A DNA stretch of 64,000 nucleotides from positions 128,001 to 192,000 of the forward strand of contig CAWFAD010000010.1 of assembly GCA_963813815.1 (NCBI GenBank), given 5' to 3'. Position numbers and translations under genes: made by a program. The stretch is from an uncultured bacterium (GTDB taxonomy: Bacteria > Krumholzibacteriota > Krumholzibacteriia > Krumholzibacteriales > Krumholzibacteriaceae). Under the pieces are notes generated by a model. The model had not been told where the DNA came from, ran no database searches, and worked only from the letters and a program-made list of their open reading frames with translations. Of the stretch, positions 10,418 through 23,500 are shown in pieces (the stretch's first letter is position 1; every line of letters starts with the position of its first letter).

Positions 10418-10488
10418 TTGCCTTTTTTCCCGCCCTGTGCTAGCGTTTCCGCGAACGAAACACCTGACGCCATCGTCAAGGAGTCGAC

Positions 10489-11400
10489 GTGTCCCGTGCG
10501 AAACAAATTGTCGTCGGCTGCCGGAGCGACGCGCTCGCGGCGCTCCACTGCGAGCGCGCCTGCGCGGCCCTGCGCGAGGCGCATCCGCACGCCGAGTTCG
10601 TCGCCGCGCGCGGGAACGGGGGGCGGCTCGACCCGCGCCGCGCCGCGGCCGCCATTCTGCAGCGGCTCGTGAAGGGCGAGATCGACATCGGCGTCCTCGA
10701 CGGGCGGTGGATGCCGCTCCAGCTTCCCGCGCCGGTCGAGATCGCCGCCGTGCTCGAGCGGACGAATCCGTTCGACGTGCTCATCTCGAGCGAGGATCTC
10801 ATCCTCGACGAGCAGCCCGACAACGTCTCCATCGCGGTCATCGACTCCGTCACGCGCGGGCAGCTTCTCTACTATCGCCCGGATCTCAAGATCGTCGAGA
10901 AGCCCGACGGCTTCGATCGTCTCTTCGAAGCCCTGCGCCGCGGAACCGTCGCGGCGTTCGTCTATCCGGCGGCGGACGTCGAGGCGCTCAACCAGCAGGA
11001 GAACGTCGTGGAGGTGTTCACGACCTCGATCTGCACGCCGCCCGGGGGGCAGGGCGCGCAGGTGCTTCTCGCCCGGCGCGAGCGGCGGGACGTCGGCGCC
11101 CTCGTCCGCGATCTCAACGATCCGTCGGCCGAGGCCGAGATCGAGCTCGAGCGGTTGCTGCTCGAGCATCTCGCCCGCAACGGGCGCGGGCCGGTCGGCG
11201 TGCTCGGCAACGTCGAGGGAACGGTGTTCGAGCTCGAGGCGGCGATCACGGCGACCGACGGAACCGAGAAGATATCGGCGACGGTGGGCGGCTCCCTCGT
11301 CGAGCGGGCGAAAATCGTCATGAGGCTCGCCGCCGAACTGCTCGCCTCGGGCGGCGAGGAGATTCTCGCCCCGTACCGGCGCGCGCGGAGCAGCGAGTAG
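10489..11400 (+). CDS. HemC (porphobilinogen deaminase)-fold protein, catalytically degenerate
   Basis: Colinear with HemC over full length (GEIDIGV, ERTNPFD, RPDL, GQGA, ER, LAAELLASGGEEIL) but HSxKD, GTSSxRR, RGNVxTR and GGC motifs are replaced. Confidence 0.8.
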   Translation: MSRAKQIVVGCRSDALAALHCERACAALREAHPHAEFVAARGNGGRLDPRRAAAAILQRLVKGEIDIGVLDGRWMPLQLPAPVEIAAVLERTNPFDVLISSEDLILDEQPDNVSIAVIDSVTRGQLLYYRPDLKIVEKPDGFDRLFEALRRGTVAAFVYPAADVEALNQQENVVEVFTTSICTPPGGQGAQVLLARRERRDVGALVRDLNDPSAEAEIELERLLLEHLARNGRGPVGVLGNVEGTVFELEAAITATDGTEKISATVGGSLVERAKIVMRLAAELLASGGEEILAPYRRARSSE

Positions 11401-11405
11401 GAAAC

Positions 11406-13923
<2,518 letters not shown>

Positions 13924-13937
13924 GGGCGGTGGAGCGA

Positions 13938-15491
13938 ATGACGAAAGGCAAGAAGATACTGTGGGTCGACGACGAGATCGATCTGCTCGCCTCCCACATC
14001 ATGTTCCTCGGCGAGAAGGGGTACGCGGTCCGTCCGGCGGCGAGCGGCGACGAGGGGATCGCCGCGCTCCGCGCGGAATCGTTCGATCTCATTCTGCTCG
14101 ACGAGACGATGCCGGGACGCAGCGGTCTCGAGACGCTCCAGGAGATCAAGGAAATCGACCCGAATATTCCGGTGATCATGATCACGAAGAACGAAGCCGA
14201 GGATCTCGTCGTGCAGGCGATCGGCATGAAGATCGACGATTACCTTCTCAAGCCCGTGAACCCGCTCCAGATCTATTCGGCGGCCAAGCGGATCCTCGAG
14301 GCCCACCGTATCCAGGAGACGGCGCTCAGCCGGGACTATCTCCAGGCCTACCAGCGGGTGGACGAGGCGCTCCGCGCGGGTCCCGGCTGGCAGGAATGGG
14401 TACGCATTCACCAGGAGCTCTCGGCCTGGGACGTCGAGTACGACCGATTCAGCGACACGGGGCTCGAACAGACGCATCAGGATCTCAAGAAGAAGGCGAA
14501 CGCGGACTTCTGCCGCTACATCGAGCGCGTCTACCACGACTGGATTTGGAGCGACGAGCGTCCGGCGATGAGCGTCGACGTGCTCGATCGATTCGTGTTT
14601 CCCCAGCTGCGGGAGCGGCGGCGCGTGTATTTCTTCGTCATCGACTGCATGCGGTTCGACCAGTGGCTCAAGATAGAGGACCTCCTCGCTCCGTTCTACA
14701 CGATCGATCGCGGCTGCTATTTCGCGATCCTGCCGACCGCCACGCCCTACGCGCGGAACGCCCTCTTTGCCGGGGCCTTTCCGGCCGATATAGAGAAGCG
14801 CACGCCCGATTACTGGCTCGAGCGCTCGCGCGACGAGTTCAGTAAAAACCGGTTCGAGCAGAATCTCCTGCAGGACAACCTCGCGCGCGCCGGTCTCGGA
14901 AACGTCGCGTTCAAGTACATCAAAATCTACGAGATCGACGAGGCGAACGAGATCCGCAAGCAAGTCGACGGCTACCGGACGCTCGATCTCGTCGCCATGG
15001 TGTTCAACTTCCTCGACATACTCGCGCACGGACGGAGCCAGAGCGAGATTCTGCAGGAGATCGCGCCCAACGAGAGCGCCTTCCGCTCGCTCATGCGCTC
15101 GTGGTTCGTGCACTCGGCGCTCTTCGACATCCTGCAGCGGATCGCGAAGCACGGCGCCACAGTCGTCATCACGACCGATCACGGATCGGTGCTCGGGGCG
15201 AGGGCGAGCCTTGTGCACGGCAACCGCGACACATCGACGAACCTGCGGTACAAGTTCGGCGAGAACATCAACGGCGATCCCCGGCAGACGCTCCTCATCC
15301 GCAAGCCCCTCGACTATCGGCTCCCCGCGGAAAGCCCCTCGAAGAACTACATCCTCGCCAAGGAAAACTACTACTTCGTCTATCCGACCAAGTATCACGA
15401 GTACGAGCGGCAGTATCTCGGCACGTTTCAGCACGGCGGCATCTCGCTCGAGGAGATGATCGTTCCGTGCATCACCCTGACTCCGAGGTGA
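13938..15491 (+). CDS. porX: PorX-like response regulator (REC plus PglZ/alkaline phosphatase domain)
   Basis: LWVDDE/LLDETMPG/MITK receiver; IDCMRFDQW, LPTATPYARNA, FLDILAH, TTDHG and FQHGGISLEEM; 517 aa; followed by tsaE. Confidence 0.85.
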   Translation: MTKGKKILWVDDEIDLLASHIMFLGEKGYAVRPAASGDEGIAALRAESFDLILLDETMPGRSGLETLQEIKEIDPNIPVIMITKNEAEDLVVQAIGMKIDDYLLKPVNPLQIYSAAKRILEAHRIQETALSRDYLQAYQRVDEALRAGPGWQEWVRIHQELSAWDVEYDRFSDTGLEQTHQDLKKKANADFCRYIERVYHDWIWSDERPAMSVDVLDRFVFPQLRERRRVYFFVIDCMRFDQWLKIEDLLAPFYTIDRGCYFAILPTATPYARNALFAGAFPADIEKRTPDYWLERSRDEFSKNRFEQNLLQDNLARAGLGNVAFKYIKIYEIDEANEIRKQVDGYRTLDLVAMVFNFLDILAHGRSQSEILQEIAPNESAFRSLMRSWFVHSALFDILQRIAKHGATVVITTDHGSVLGARASLVHGNRDTSTNLRYKFGENINGDPRQTLLIRKPLDYRLPAESPSKNYILAKENYYFVYPTKYHEYERQYLGTFQHGGISLEEMIVPCITLTPR

Positions 15492-15494
15492 GGT

Positions 15495-16025
15495 ATGGCG
15501 CGGCGCTCCGTTCCCCGCTGGGATCCCGCGATCCCCGGCGCGCGTCGCCTCGACCGCCTCGGAGGAGAGCGCGCCCGGATCCGGCTCGAGAGCGGCTCGC
15601 CGGACCGCACGCTGGCCCTGGGACGCGCCATCGGATCGATTCTGCCCCCGGGGACGGCGCTGTCGCTCGAGGGCGGGCTCGGCGCCGGCAAGACGCTGTT
15701 CGCGAAGGGCCTCTGCGGCGGACTCGGCGTGAGCGATGAAGTGACGAGCCCGAGCTTCATCCTCGCCGAGGAGTACCGCGGGGTGTTCCCCGTCTTTCAC
15801 TTCGACCTCTATCGGCTCGAGCGGGTCGACGACGCGGCGGGGATCGGGTTCTTCGACGCCATCGACGGCCGCGCCGTCGTCATCGTCGAGTGGGGCGATC
15901 GCCTGCCCCCGGGCGCCGTCGAGTTCGACGTCGTTGCGAGATTCCGCGTCACCGGGCCGGAGAGCCGCGAGATCGAGATCGCCGGACCGAAGGAGTTGTG
16001 TGACGAGCTCGAACGGAATTCCTGA
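15495..16025 (+). CDS. tsaE: tRNA t6A biosynthesis ATPase
   Basis: GGLGAGKT, VTSPSF, HFDLYRL and VEW motifs. Confidence 0.92.
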   Translation: MARRSVPRWDPAIPGARRLDRLGGERARIRLESGSPDRTLALGRAIGSILPPGTALSLEGGLGAGKTLFAKGLCGGLGVSDEVTSPSFILAEEYRGVFPVFHFDLYRLERVDDAAGIGFFDAIDGRAVVIVEWGDRLPPGAVEFDVVARFRVTGPESREIEIAGPKELCDELERNS

Positions 16026-16800
16026 CGCGCCTCTCCCCGGAGGCGAGTGCGTCCCGGCGGCTCCGGCCGCGGGCGGGCCCCTCGTGCTCGCCCTCGACGC
16101 TTCGCATCATCGGGGAAGCGTCGCCGTGTGCCGGGGCGCGGAGACGCTCGCGGAGATTCTCTTCGACGCGGGGGACACGCACTCGGCGACGCTCATGCCG
16201 GCGGTGGCCTCATGCCTCTCCTCCGCCAAGACGACGCTCGATTCCATCGATCTGCTCGCCGTTGTTTCGGGGCCGGGCAGCTTCACGGGGCTGCGGATCG
16301 CGCTCGCGACGGTCAAGGCCTTCGCGGCCGCGAGCGGCGCCGACGTGGTTCCCGTATCGAGCCTCGATGTGCTCGCCGCGGCGATGCCCTGCGCCTCCCG
16401 TCCCGTGCTTCCCCTCATTGACGCGCGTCGCGGAGAGGTTTACGGCGCGCTGTACGACACGCGTTCGTTCTTCCCCCGAGAGATCGTTCCCTGCTTCGCG
16501 GCGCGCCCCGAAGCGCTCGCCGGCGTGCTCGGCGGCTCCGCCGCCGGCCCCCTCATCCTCTGCGGCACCGGCGCTCACCGGTACCGCGCGGAGATCGCCC
16601 CGCTCCTGCCCGACGGGAGCGTTTTCGCTCCCGAGCGGTGGTCGATCCCTTCGGCCTCCCTCTGCGCGTTCCTCGCGCTCGGGCGGCCTCCGCTCCCGGT
16701 GGGAGAGATCGCCGCGCTCGAGCCGCTGTACCTGCGCCCGCCGGACGCCCGGCTCCCCGCCGGCGCCCGCCTCGCCCCGGGCGGGGGAGAGGGCGCATGA
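16000..16800 (+). CDS. tsaB: tRNA t6A biosynthesis protein
   Basis: LALDAS, HSATLMP, GPGSFTGLRI, DARRGEVY and EPLYLR motifs; GTG start after AAGGAG. Confidence 0.9.
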   Translation: MTSSNGIPDAPLPGGECVPAAPAAGGPLVLALDASHHRGSVAVCRGAETLAEILFDAGDTHSATLMPAVASCLSSAKTTLDSIDLLAVVSGPGSFTGLRIALATVKAFAAASGADVVPVSSLDVLAAAMPCASRPVLPLIDARRGEVYGALYDTRSFFPREIVPCFAARPEALAGVLGGSAAGPLILCGTGAHRYRAEIAPLLPDGSVFAPERWSIPSASLCAFLALGRPPLPVGEIAALEPLYLRPPDARLPAGARLAPGGGEGA

Positions 16801-17249
16801 CCGCGCGTGCGATACGCGATCTCGAGACGGATGACATCCCGCGGATACTGGCGATCGAGCGGGTGAGCTTCATCACGCCGTGGACCGAGCAGATGTTCCG
16901 GTCGCAGCTCCGGTTCAGGGATCGCGCCATCACCCTCGTGCTCGTCGAGGATGGCGCGATCACCGGATACGTGGCCACCTGGATCGCCGCGGACGAGATG
17001 CATCTCATGAGCATCGCGGTGAGCCCCGAGGCGCGCCGCGGCGGGCGCGCTTCGACCCTGCTGGCCGAGGTTCTCGCCCGGGGGACGGAGCGCGGCTGCG
17101 AGCGCACGCTGCTCGAGGTGCGCGAGGGAAACGAGGGCGCGCGCCGTCTCTACCGCCTGCACGGATTCAGGGAGATCGGCAGACGCCGCGGCTACTACGA
17201 GGATACGGGAGAAGATGCCATCATCATGGAATGCCGCCGGGGGGAGTGA
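16797..17249 (+). CDS. rimI: Ribosomal protein S18 alanine N-acetyltransferase (GNAT)
   Basis: PW, IAV..RRGG, LEVREGN, LY..GF, RRGYY and EDAIIM motifs. Confidence 0.88.
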   Translation: MTARAIRDLETDDIPRILAIERVSFITPWTEQMFRSQLRFRDRAITLVLVEDGAITGYVATWIAADEMHLMSIAVSPEARRGGRASTLLAEVLARGTERGCERTLLEVREGNEGARRLYRLHGFREIGRRRGYYEDTGEDAIIMECRRGE

Positions 17250-18033
17250 TCCTCTCGCCCCCTTCGCGGGCGCCGCGGATGTCGCGATCGTGCTCGGGAG
17301 CGGTCTCGCCGGGTTCTGCGACGCGGCGCGCATCGAGCGCCGCGTTTCCTACGCCGCGATTCCGTCGCTGTTCCGGTCGGAGGTTCCGGGGCACCCCGGC
17401 TTCCTCGCGCTGGCCGATTTCGGCGGCAGATCCGCGCTCGTCTTCGCCGGCCGCAGCCACGTGTACGAGGGGCCTCCCGTCGAGCGGGCCACGGCGGCCG
17501 TCTCGCTCGCCGCCGACCTCGGCTGCAGGGAGCTTCTGCTCACGAACGCCGCCGGGAGCTTCAGCCCGGAGATCGAGCCGGGATCGTGGCTGCTGCCGGA
17601 GGACGTGCTGCCCTTCCCGGCGAGGGCCGCCTCCGCGCTCGGCGGCGCGTCGGCGGCCGAACGCGCGTTCGCCGCTCCGCTCGTTTCGCCGCGGCTGCGG
17701 CGGGCCATCCGACGGGCGGCGGAAGGGGCGGGAACGGCGGTCGCGGACGGCGTGCTGGCGTGGATGATCGGGCCCTGCTACGAAACGGCGGCAGAAGCTC
17801 GGGCCGCGCGGGCGGCCGGCGCGGACGCGGCGACCATGTCGATCTACCCGGAGCTCGTCGCGGCGCGGACGCGCGGTTTGGAGGCCGCCGTTCTATCCTG
17901 GATCACGAATTTCACGGCCAACGTCTCGCGCGAAACCGTCGATCACCGCGAGGTGATGCGGCGCGGCGGCGAAGGAGCCGCCCGGCTCGCCGCGATCGTC
18001 GCGCGGTATCTCGGCTCCCCCCGCGGCGCTTAG
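17215..18033 (+). CDS. Purine nucleoside phosphorylase (PNP-I family)
   Basis: IVLGSGL, VPGH, GRSHVYEG, TNAAG, GPCYET, GADA..MS..PE and ITN motifs. Confidence 0.85.
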   Translation: MPSSWNAAGGSDPLAPFAGAADVAIVLGSGLAGFCDAARIERRVSYAAIPSLFRSEVPGHPGFLALADFGGRSALVFAGRSHVYEGPPVERATAAVSLAADLGCRELLLTNAAGSFSPEIEPGSWLLPEDVLPFPARAASALGGASAAERAFAAPLVSPRLRRAIRRAAEGAGTAVADGVLAWMIGPCYETAAEARAARAAGADAATMSIYPELVAARTRGLEAAVLSWITNFTANVSRETVDHREVMRRGGEGAARLAAIVARYLGSPRGA

Positions 18034-18213
18034 AAAAAACCCTTTTTGACCCGTCGCAAAGCTGATACATTCGCGCCGGAAAGCGCACGGGCCGGCCCTG
18101 CGGACGCGCGATCGGCCCGTCCGCGGAGCGGGCCGGCCGGGGGCGCGTGCCCGTTTTTTCGACGGTCGCGCCGCGCGCGGCTCGCGCGGGGCGGGACGGA
18201 GAGCGGACTGCGG

Positions 18214-19605
18214 ATGCCATCACGGTTGCGGAAACGGCGCCGCCGGAGCACGACGGCGTATCCACATCTGGCGCGGGTCGCCTCCCTCCCTCAGTCGCGC
18301 ATGCGTCTCGGTCTCGATCGGATCGCCGGCGTGCTCGATCGACTCGGCCAACCGCAGCGGGCCTATCCGTCCCTGCTCGTCGCGGGCACGAACGGGAAGG
18401 GCTCCGTGACGACGTACTGCGCGGCGGCGCTTCGCGCGGCGGGCCTCAGGGTCGGGGTGTACTACTCGCCGCATATCTTTCGCGTTCACGAGCGCATCAG
18501 GTGCGACGGCTCGGAGATCTCCTCTCGAGAGCTCGACGCGGCCGCGGCGCGAGTGAAGGCCGCGGGCGGAGCGCGGCTGACCTACTTCGAATCTCTCACC
18601 GCCGCGGCGATGCTCATATTTCGGGAGCGAGAGGTGGACGTCGCCGTGTTCGAGGTGGGTCTCGGGGGACGTCTCGACGCGACGAATCTCGTCGAGGCCG
18701 CCGTGACGGTCGTCACGGGGATCTCTCTCGATCACCGTGAGCGGCTCGGGGCGACGAAGCGCCTCATACTCGCCGAAAAGCTCGGCATCCTGCGCCGCGG
18801 CGTGCCGCTCGTGGCGAGGCTCGAGGGCGCCGCTCTCGAGCGGCAGGCGAGGGAGGCGGCTTCCGCCGCGGGGTCGCCCTGCCACATGGTGCGCGACGGG
18901 ACGCGCTGCGACGTGCTTCGAGCCGGTCCGGAGGGTATGACCGTGCGGCTCGAGACCCGCCGCCGGGCGTACGGCGAGCTCAATTCCCGGATGATCGGCG
19001 CCGCGCAGGCCGGCAACATCGCCACCGCCGCTCGGGCCATAGAGACGCTCGACGCCGCTCTCGCGGCGCGGCGTGCGGCGCTGCGGAGGGACCGGCGGCG
19101 GCCGCGATCGGGGCTCGACCGGCTGGCGGCGCGATGCGCGGGCCGGCTCGGCGCGCGGGCCGTGCGGGAGGGAGTCGCCGCGGCGTTTCTCCCCGGCAGG
19201 TTCCAGATCGTCTCGCGCGAGCCGCTCGTCGTCGTCGACGTTTCGCACAACGAGGAGTCGTTCGTCGCCTCGCTCGATACCCTGCGGATGCTCGATCCGC
19301 CCGGGCGCTCGGCCGTCGTGTTCGGCATGATGGCCCACAAGGAGCTCGGGGACTTTCCGGCGCGGGCGGTCCGCGCGGTCGACGCGATCGTCGTGACCGC
19401 CCTCGCGGACCGGCGCTCGGCCCGGGCGGAGACGCTCGCGGCGGCTTTCCGGCGGGCTTCCGGGCGGAATCGCCGCGCGGCGATCATCCGGGCGCGGGGT
19501 ATGGCCGAGGCCCTGAAGACGGCGAGACGCGCGGCGGGCGAACGCGGCGTCGTTCTCGTCATGGGATCGCACGTGGCGGTCGAAGAGGCCGCCCCGCATA
19601 TATAA
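18214..19605 (+). CDS. folC: Folylpolyglutamate synthase / dihydrofolate synthase (start uncertain)
   Basis: VAGTNGKGS, SPH..ERI, TYFE, EVGLGGRLDATN, DH..LG, EK.GI, PGRF and DVSHN motifs. Confidence 0.88.
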   Translation: MPSRLRKRRRRSTTAYPHLARVASLPQSRMRLGLDRIAGVLDRLGQPQRAYPSLLVAGTNGKGSVTTYCAAALRAAGLRVGVYYSPHIFRVHERIRCDGSEISSRELDAAAARVKAAGGARLTYFESLTAAAMLIFREREVDVAVFEVGLGGRLDATNLVEAAVTVVTGISLDHRERLGATKRLILAEKLGILRRGVPLVARLEGAALERQAREAASAAGSPCHMVRDGTRCDVLRAGPEGMTVRLETRRRAYGELNSRMIGAAQAGNIATAARAIETLDAALAARRAALRRDRRRPRSGLDRLAARCAGRLGARAVREGVAAAFLPGRFQIVSREPLVVVDVSHNEESFVASLDTLRMLDPPGRSAVVFGMMAHKELGDFPARAVRAVDAIVVTALADRRSARAETLAAAFRRASGRNRRAAIIRARGMAEALKTARRAAGERGVVLVMGSHVAVEEAAPHI

Positions 19606-19619
19606 GGAAGGAGCGCGGC

Positions 19620-20564
19620 ATGGGGCTCATTCTCGGCGTCGACATCGGCGGCACCGATATCAAGCTCGGGATCGTGGAAGAGTCGGCCCGCGTGCTCGAT
19701 TCGGGGTCGATTCCGACCCGGGCGCCGGAGGGTCCGGAGAGCGCGGCCGAGCGCGTCCGCGCCTGGTGCGAGAGCCGGAGCGCCGCGGCGTGCCGCGTCG
19801 ATGCGGCGGGGGTCGCCTGCGCGGGGCTCATCGACGGCGCGCGCGGATATCTTCACGTTTCGCCGAATCTCGGCGGCTGGGTCGACGTGGCGCTCCGCGA
19901 CCGCTTCGAGCGCGCGCTCGGCGTGCCGGTCACGGTCGAGAACGATGCGAACGCCGCGGCCTACGGAGAGTGGCGCGCCGGAGCGGGACGCGGGCTTCGG
20001 AGCTTCGTTTGCCTCACGCTCGGCACCGGTGTCGGCGGAGGCATCGTTTTGGACGGAGCCCTCTACCGGGGTTCGACCGGTTTCGCCGGCGAGATCGGGC
20101 ACGCGGTCATTTGCGCGGACGGTCCGCCCTGCGCGTGCGGCAACCGGGGGTGCCTCGAGGCGCTCATCGGAGCGGCGGCCATCCTCGGGCGGGCACGGGA
20201 GGCGTACGAGGCGGCGGGGCGGCCGCTCGCGGGAGACGGCGCGGGCATCTCCGTCGAGGGGCTCGCGCGCGCGGCGGCCGCGGGAGACGCGGCGGCGGCC
20301 GGCGTGTTCGCCGAAACGGGCCGGTACCTCGGCGTCGCTCTCGCGAACGTCGTCCATATTCTGGCCCCGGAGGCGATCGCCGTCGGCGGGGGAGTGGCGG
20401 GGGCGGGCGACCTCATCTTCGCCCCCGCGCGGGAAACGCTTCGTCGCTGCGTCATGGATCGCCGGATGGCCGAGGTCCGGGTCGTTCCGGCCGAGCTCGG
20501 CAACCGCGCCGCCGTGATCGGCTCCGCGCTGCTCGCGGCGGAGGAGGCCGGCCGCGCGCGATGA
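19620..20564 (+). CDS. ROK family sugar kinase (glucokinase-like)
   Basis: GVDIGGT, ENDANAAA, LGTGVGGG, GEIGH and CACGNRGCLE motifs. Confidence 0.9.
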   Translation: MGLILGVDIGGTDIKLGIVEESARVLDSGSIPTRAPEGPESAAERVRAWCESRSAAACRVDAAGVACAGLIDGARGYLHVSPNLGGWVDVALRDRFERALGVPVTVENDANAAAYGEWRAGAGRGLRSFVCLTLGTGVGGGIVLDGALYRGSTGFAGEIGHAVICADGPPCACGNRGCLEALIGAAAILGRAREAYEAAGRPLAGDGAGISVEGLARAAAAGDAAAAGVFAETGRYLGVALANVVHILAPEAIAVGGGVAGAGDLIFAPARETLRRCVMDRRMAEVRVVPAELGNRAAVIGSALLAAEEAGRAR

Positions 20565-23500
20565 GGGAAAGGGCGCGCGGGCGAATGAAAATCGTCATGT
20601 CGAGAGGATTTCATCTTCGATTGCTTTTCGCGGCGATCGCGGCCTCGCTCGCCGCCGCGGCCGTTTGCCCGCCCGCCGGAGCGCAGGAGGGCGTCCCCGC
20701 CGCGGGCGACAGCGCGATCTACCGCGTCGACGCGGCGCGGCTTCGCTGGACGACGGAGGACGCAGAGCGCGTCATCTACCTCGAGGGGGGCGTGCGCCTC
20801 GAGCACCAGACGACGACCATCACGGGATCCTGGGGAAAACACTACCCCTCCCGGCGGTACCTCATGCTGCACGACAGCGTTCGCGTCGTCGACGGCACGA
20901 CGGTGATGACGGCCGATGAGGGGGAGTATTTCGGCGGGACGAACACCGTCGTCCTGCGGGGGCGGGTCCGCGTGCGGGACACCGGCTGGCAGGCCCGCTG
21001 CGACCGGGTGACGTACGATCGCACGACCCGGGTCGCCGTCATGACCGGCAACCTGAGCCTCGCCGACAGCACGCGAACCCTCTACGCCGACACGATCGTA
21101 TACGACCGTTTCCGCGAAACGGCCGACGCGCGGGGCGGCGTGGTGCTCGCCGACGACGTCGAGGACTATTCGATCGCCGGAGCCCACGCACGGTACGATC
21201 GCGCCCGCCGGAAGGCCGTGGTCGACGTCGATCCAGTGCTCACCTTCGATCTGCGCGCGGAGGAAAAGGGGATCGTTACGAGCCGCCTCATGCGCTTCGA
21301 CATCGACCGCAAACTCGGCATCGCCGAGGGAGACGTCAATCTGGCGAAGGGGGAGACCCGGGCGAGCTGCGACAGCGCGGCCATCTACGACGAGGAGGGG
21401 AGGATCGAGCTCTACGGAAAGCCCCTGGCGACGAGCGACAGGTCCTCGATGAGCGGGACGCGGATGATTCTGTGGTACGACGACGCCGCCGTGCAGCGCA
21501 TCGTCCTCCCCGAGGACGGACGGATAGCCGAATCCCCGCCCGAGGGTTCGCCGTGGCGGGACGATTCGTGGATCGAGGGCGATTCGATCGCCGTCTATCT
21601 TTCGGACGAGCGCGTCGATTCGGTGCGGATCGAGCGCAGCGCCCGTGCGATGTACTATCCCGCCGAGGAGACCGAGCGCAAGGTGTCCAACAACTACGCG
21701 GCGGGAAGCAGGATGTACTTCGCGTTCCGCGAAGGCGAGCTCTCGTATCTGCGCATCGACGGAAAGGCGACGGGACTCTATCAGTTTCTGAATCTCGGCG
21801 GGACAGAGACGATCGACAGCCTCTCCGCCGCGATCGACACGGCGCTCGTCTTCCGGAGCTTCGAGAAGTCGAGCGAGCGCGTTCGGTACAGCGCCGACAC
21901 GATCGAGTACTACGCCGGGCGGGAGAATATCGTCATGCACGGAAAGGCCATGCTCAAGTATCAGGACTCGAGCCTCGAGGCGCGGCGCATCGACTACGAT
22001 TCGCGCCTCAACATCATCGAGGCCACCGGCGCCCCCGTGCTCACGGAGGCCGACCAGCGGATGTACGGGGAGGACATGGGGTACGACATGGACACCCAGG
22101 CGGGCGTGGTCGTCGAGGGCTCGACGAAGTACGACCAGGGGTACTACGTCGGATCGAACATCTTCAAGGTCGGGAGCGACGTGCTCAAGGTCTATCACTC
22201 GACCTACACGACGTGCGACCTCAAGGAGCCGCACTACTCGCTGCGCTCCGACAAGATGAAGGTCTACGTGAACGACAAGATCGTGTCGGGGCCGATCACG
22301 CTCCGCATCGGCGAGCTCCCGGTCTTCTACCTCCCCTTCATGGTCAACTCGCTGCGCCGCGACCGCTCCTCGGGGCTCCTCCGTCCCAATTTCGACATCG
22401 GCATCGACAGCAGGGACGGTCGTTTCATCCGGGGGCTCGGCTACTACTGGGCGACGAACGACTACACCGATTTCACCCTCGTCGGCGATTTCAACGAGAA
22501 CCGGAACATCCGGTTCAACGTCGCGAACCGCTACAAGCTCCGGTACGTCCTCGACGGCGACGTTCGCCTCGACTTCGTCCGGCAGTTCGATCCGAGCGGC
22601 ACCGAATGGAGGATCGAATCGGACCATTCCCAGCAATTCTCGCGGACGGCGAGCTTTCGCAGCAATCTCGAGTTCGTCTCGAGCGACGAGGCGCAGGAGG
22701 CGATCAACAGCTCCGAGGACACGCGGCGGTTCATCGACCGCAAGATCTATTCGACGGCGAGCTACCGCCAATCGTGGGGGGGGACGAGCCTGAGCCTCTC
22801 GGCGAGCCGGGACCAGAAGCTGAACGTGCAGAGCCCCACGACGCCGTCCATCGCGATGACCCTGCCGAGCCTCTCCATCGCCCTTCCGCGGACCTCGCTC
22901 TGGTTCGGCGACAAGCACTCCTCGTCCGAACGATCCTTCTGGGAGAGCGCCCTCGGCGGGATCGCGTTCACCCCGTCGCTTTCGGGAAACCACAGCCGGA
23001 GCGAGAGCGAGGTGCAGAAGCGCTCGGTCGTCACGGCGAGCTCGGGCGCCGGCTTCAGCCGCCAGCAGAGCGTCGGATTCCTCGACGTCAACCCGTCGAT
23101 GAGCCTGCGCTGGAACTACCAGAAGGAGATCGAGAACACGGTCGACACCGCGGGGACGGGCATCGTGTTCGTCCCGGCGCGCGCCGAGTATCGCAACGAG
23201 GTGTCGATGAGCCTCTCGACGGGTCTCGGGACGAAGATCTACGGAACCTTTCACCCGCGCATCGGCTCGCTGGCCGGCATCCGCCACACCCTGAACCCCG
23301 TCGTCTCGTGGCAGTACGTCCCGAAGCTCAGCGAGCGGCAACGGAGCTCGCAGAGCGTCTCGTGGGAGCTCCGCAACTCGATCGATCTGAAGCTCGTGAA
23401 GGGCGAACGGGAGACGAAGCAGAACGGCGTGTTCACCTGGTATCTCAACGGGTACTACCGTCCGGAGAAGGCGATCGCCGACGCCTTTTCCGACATCTCG

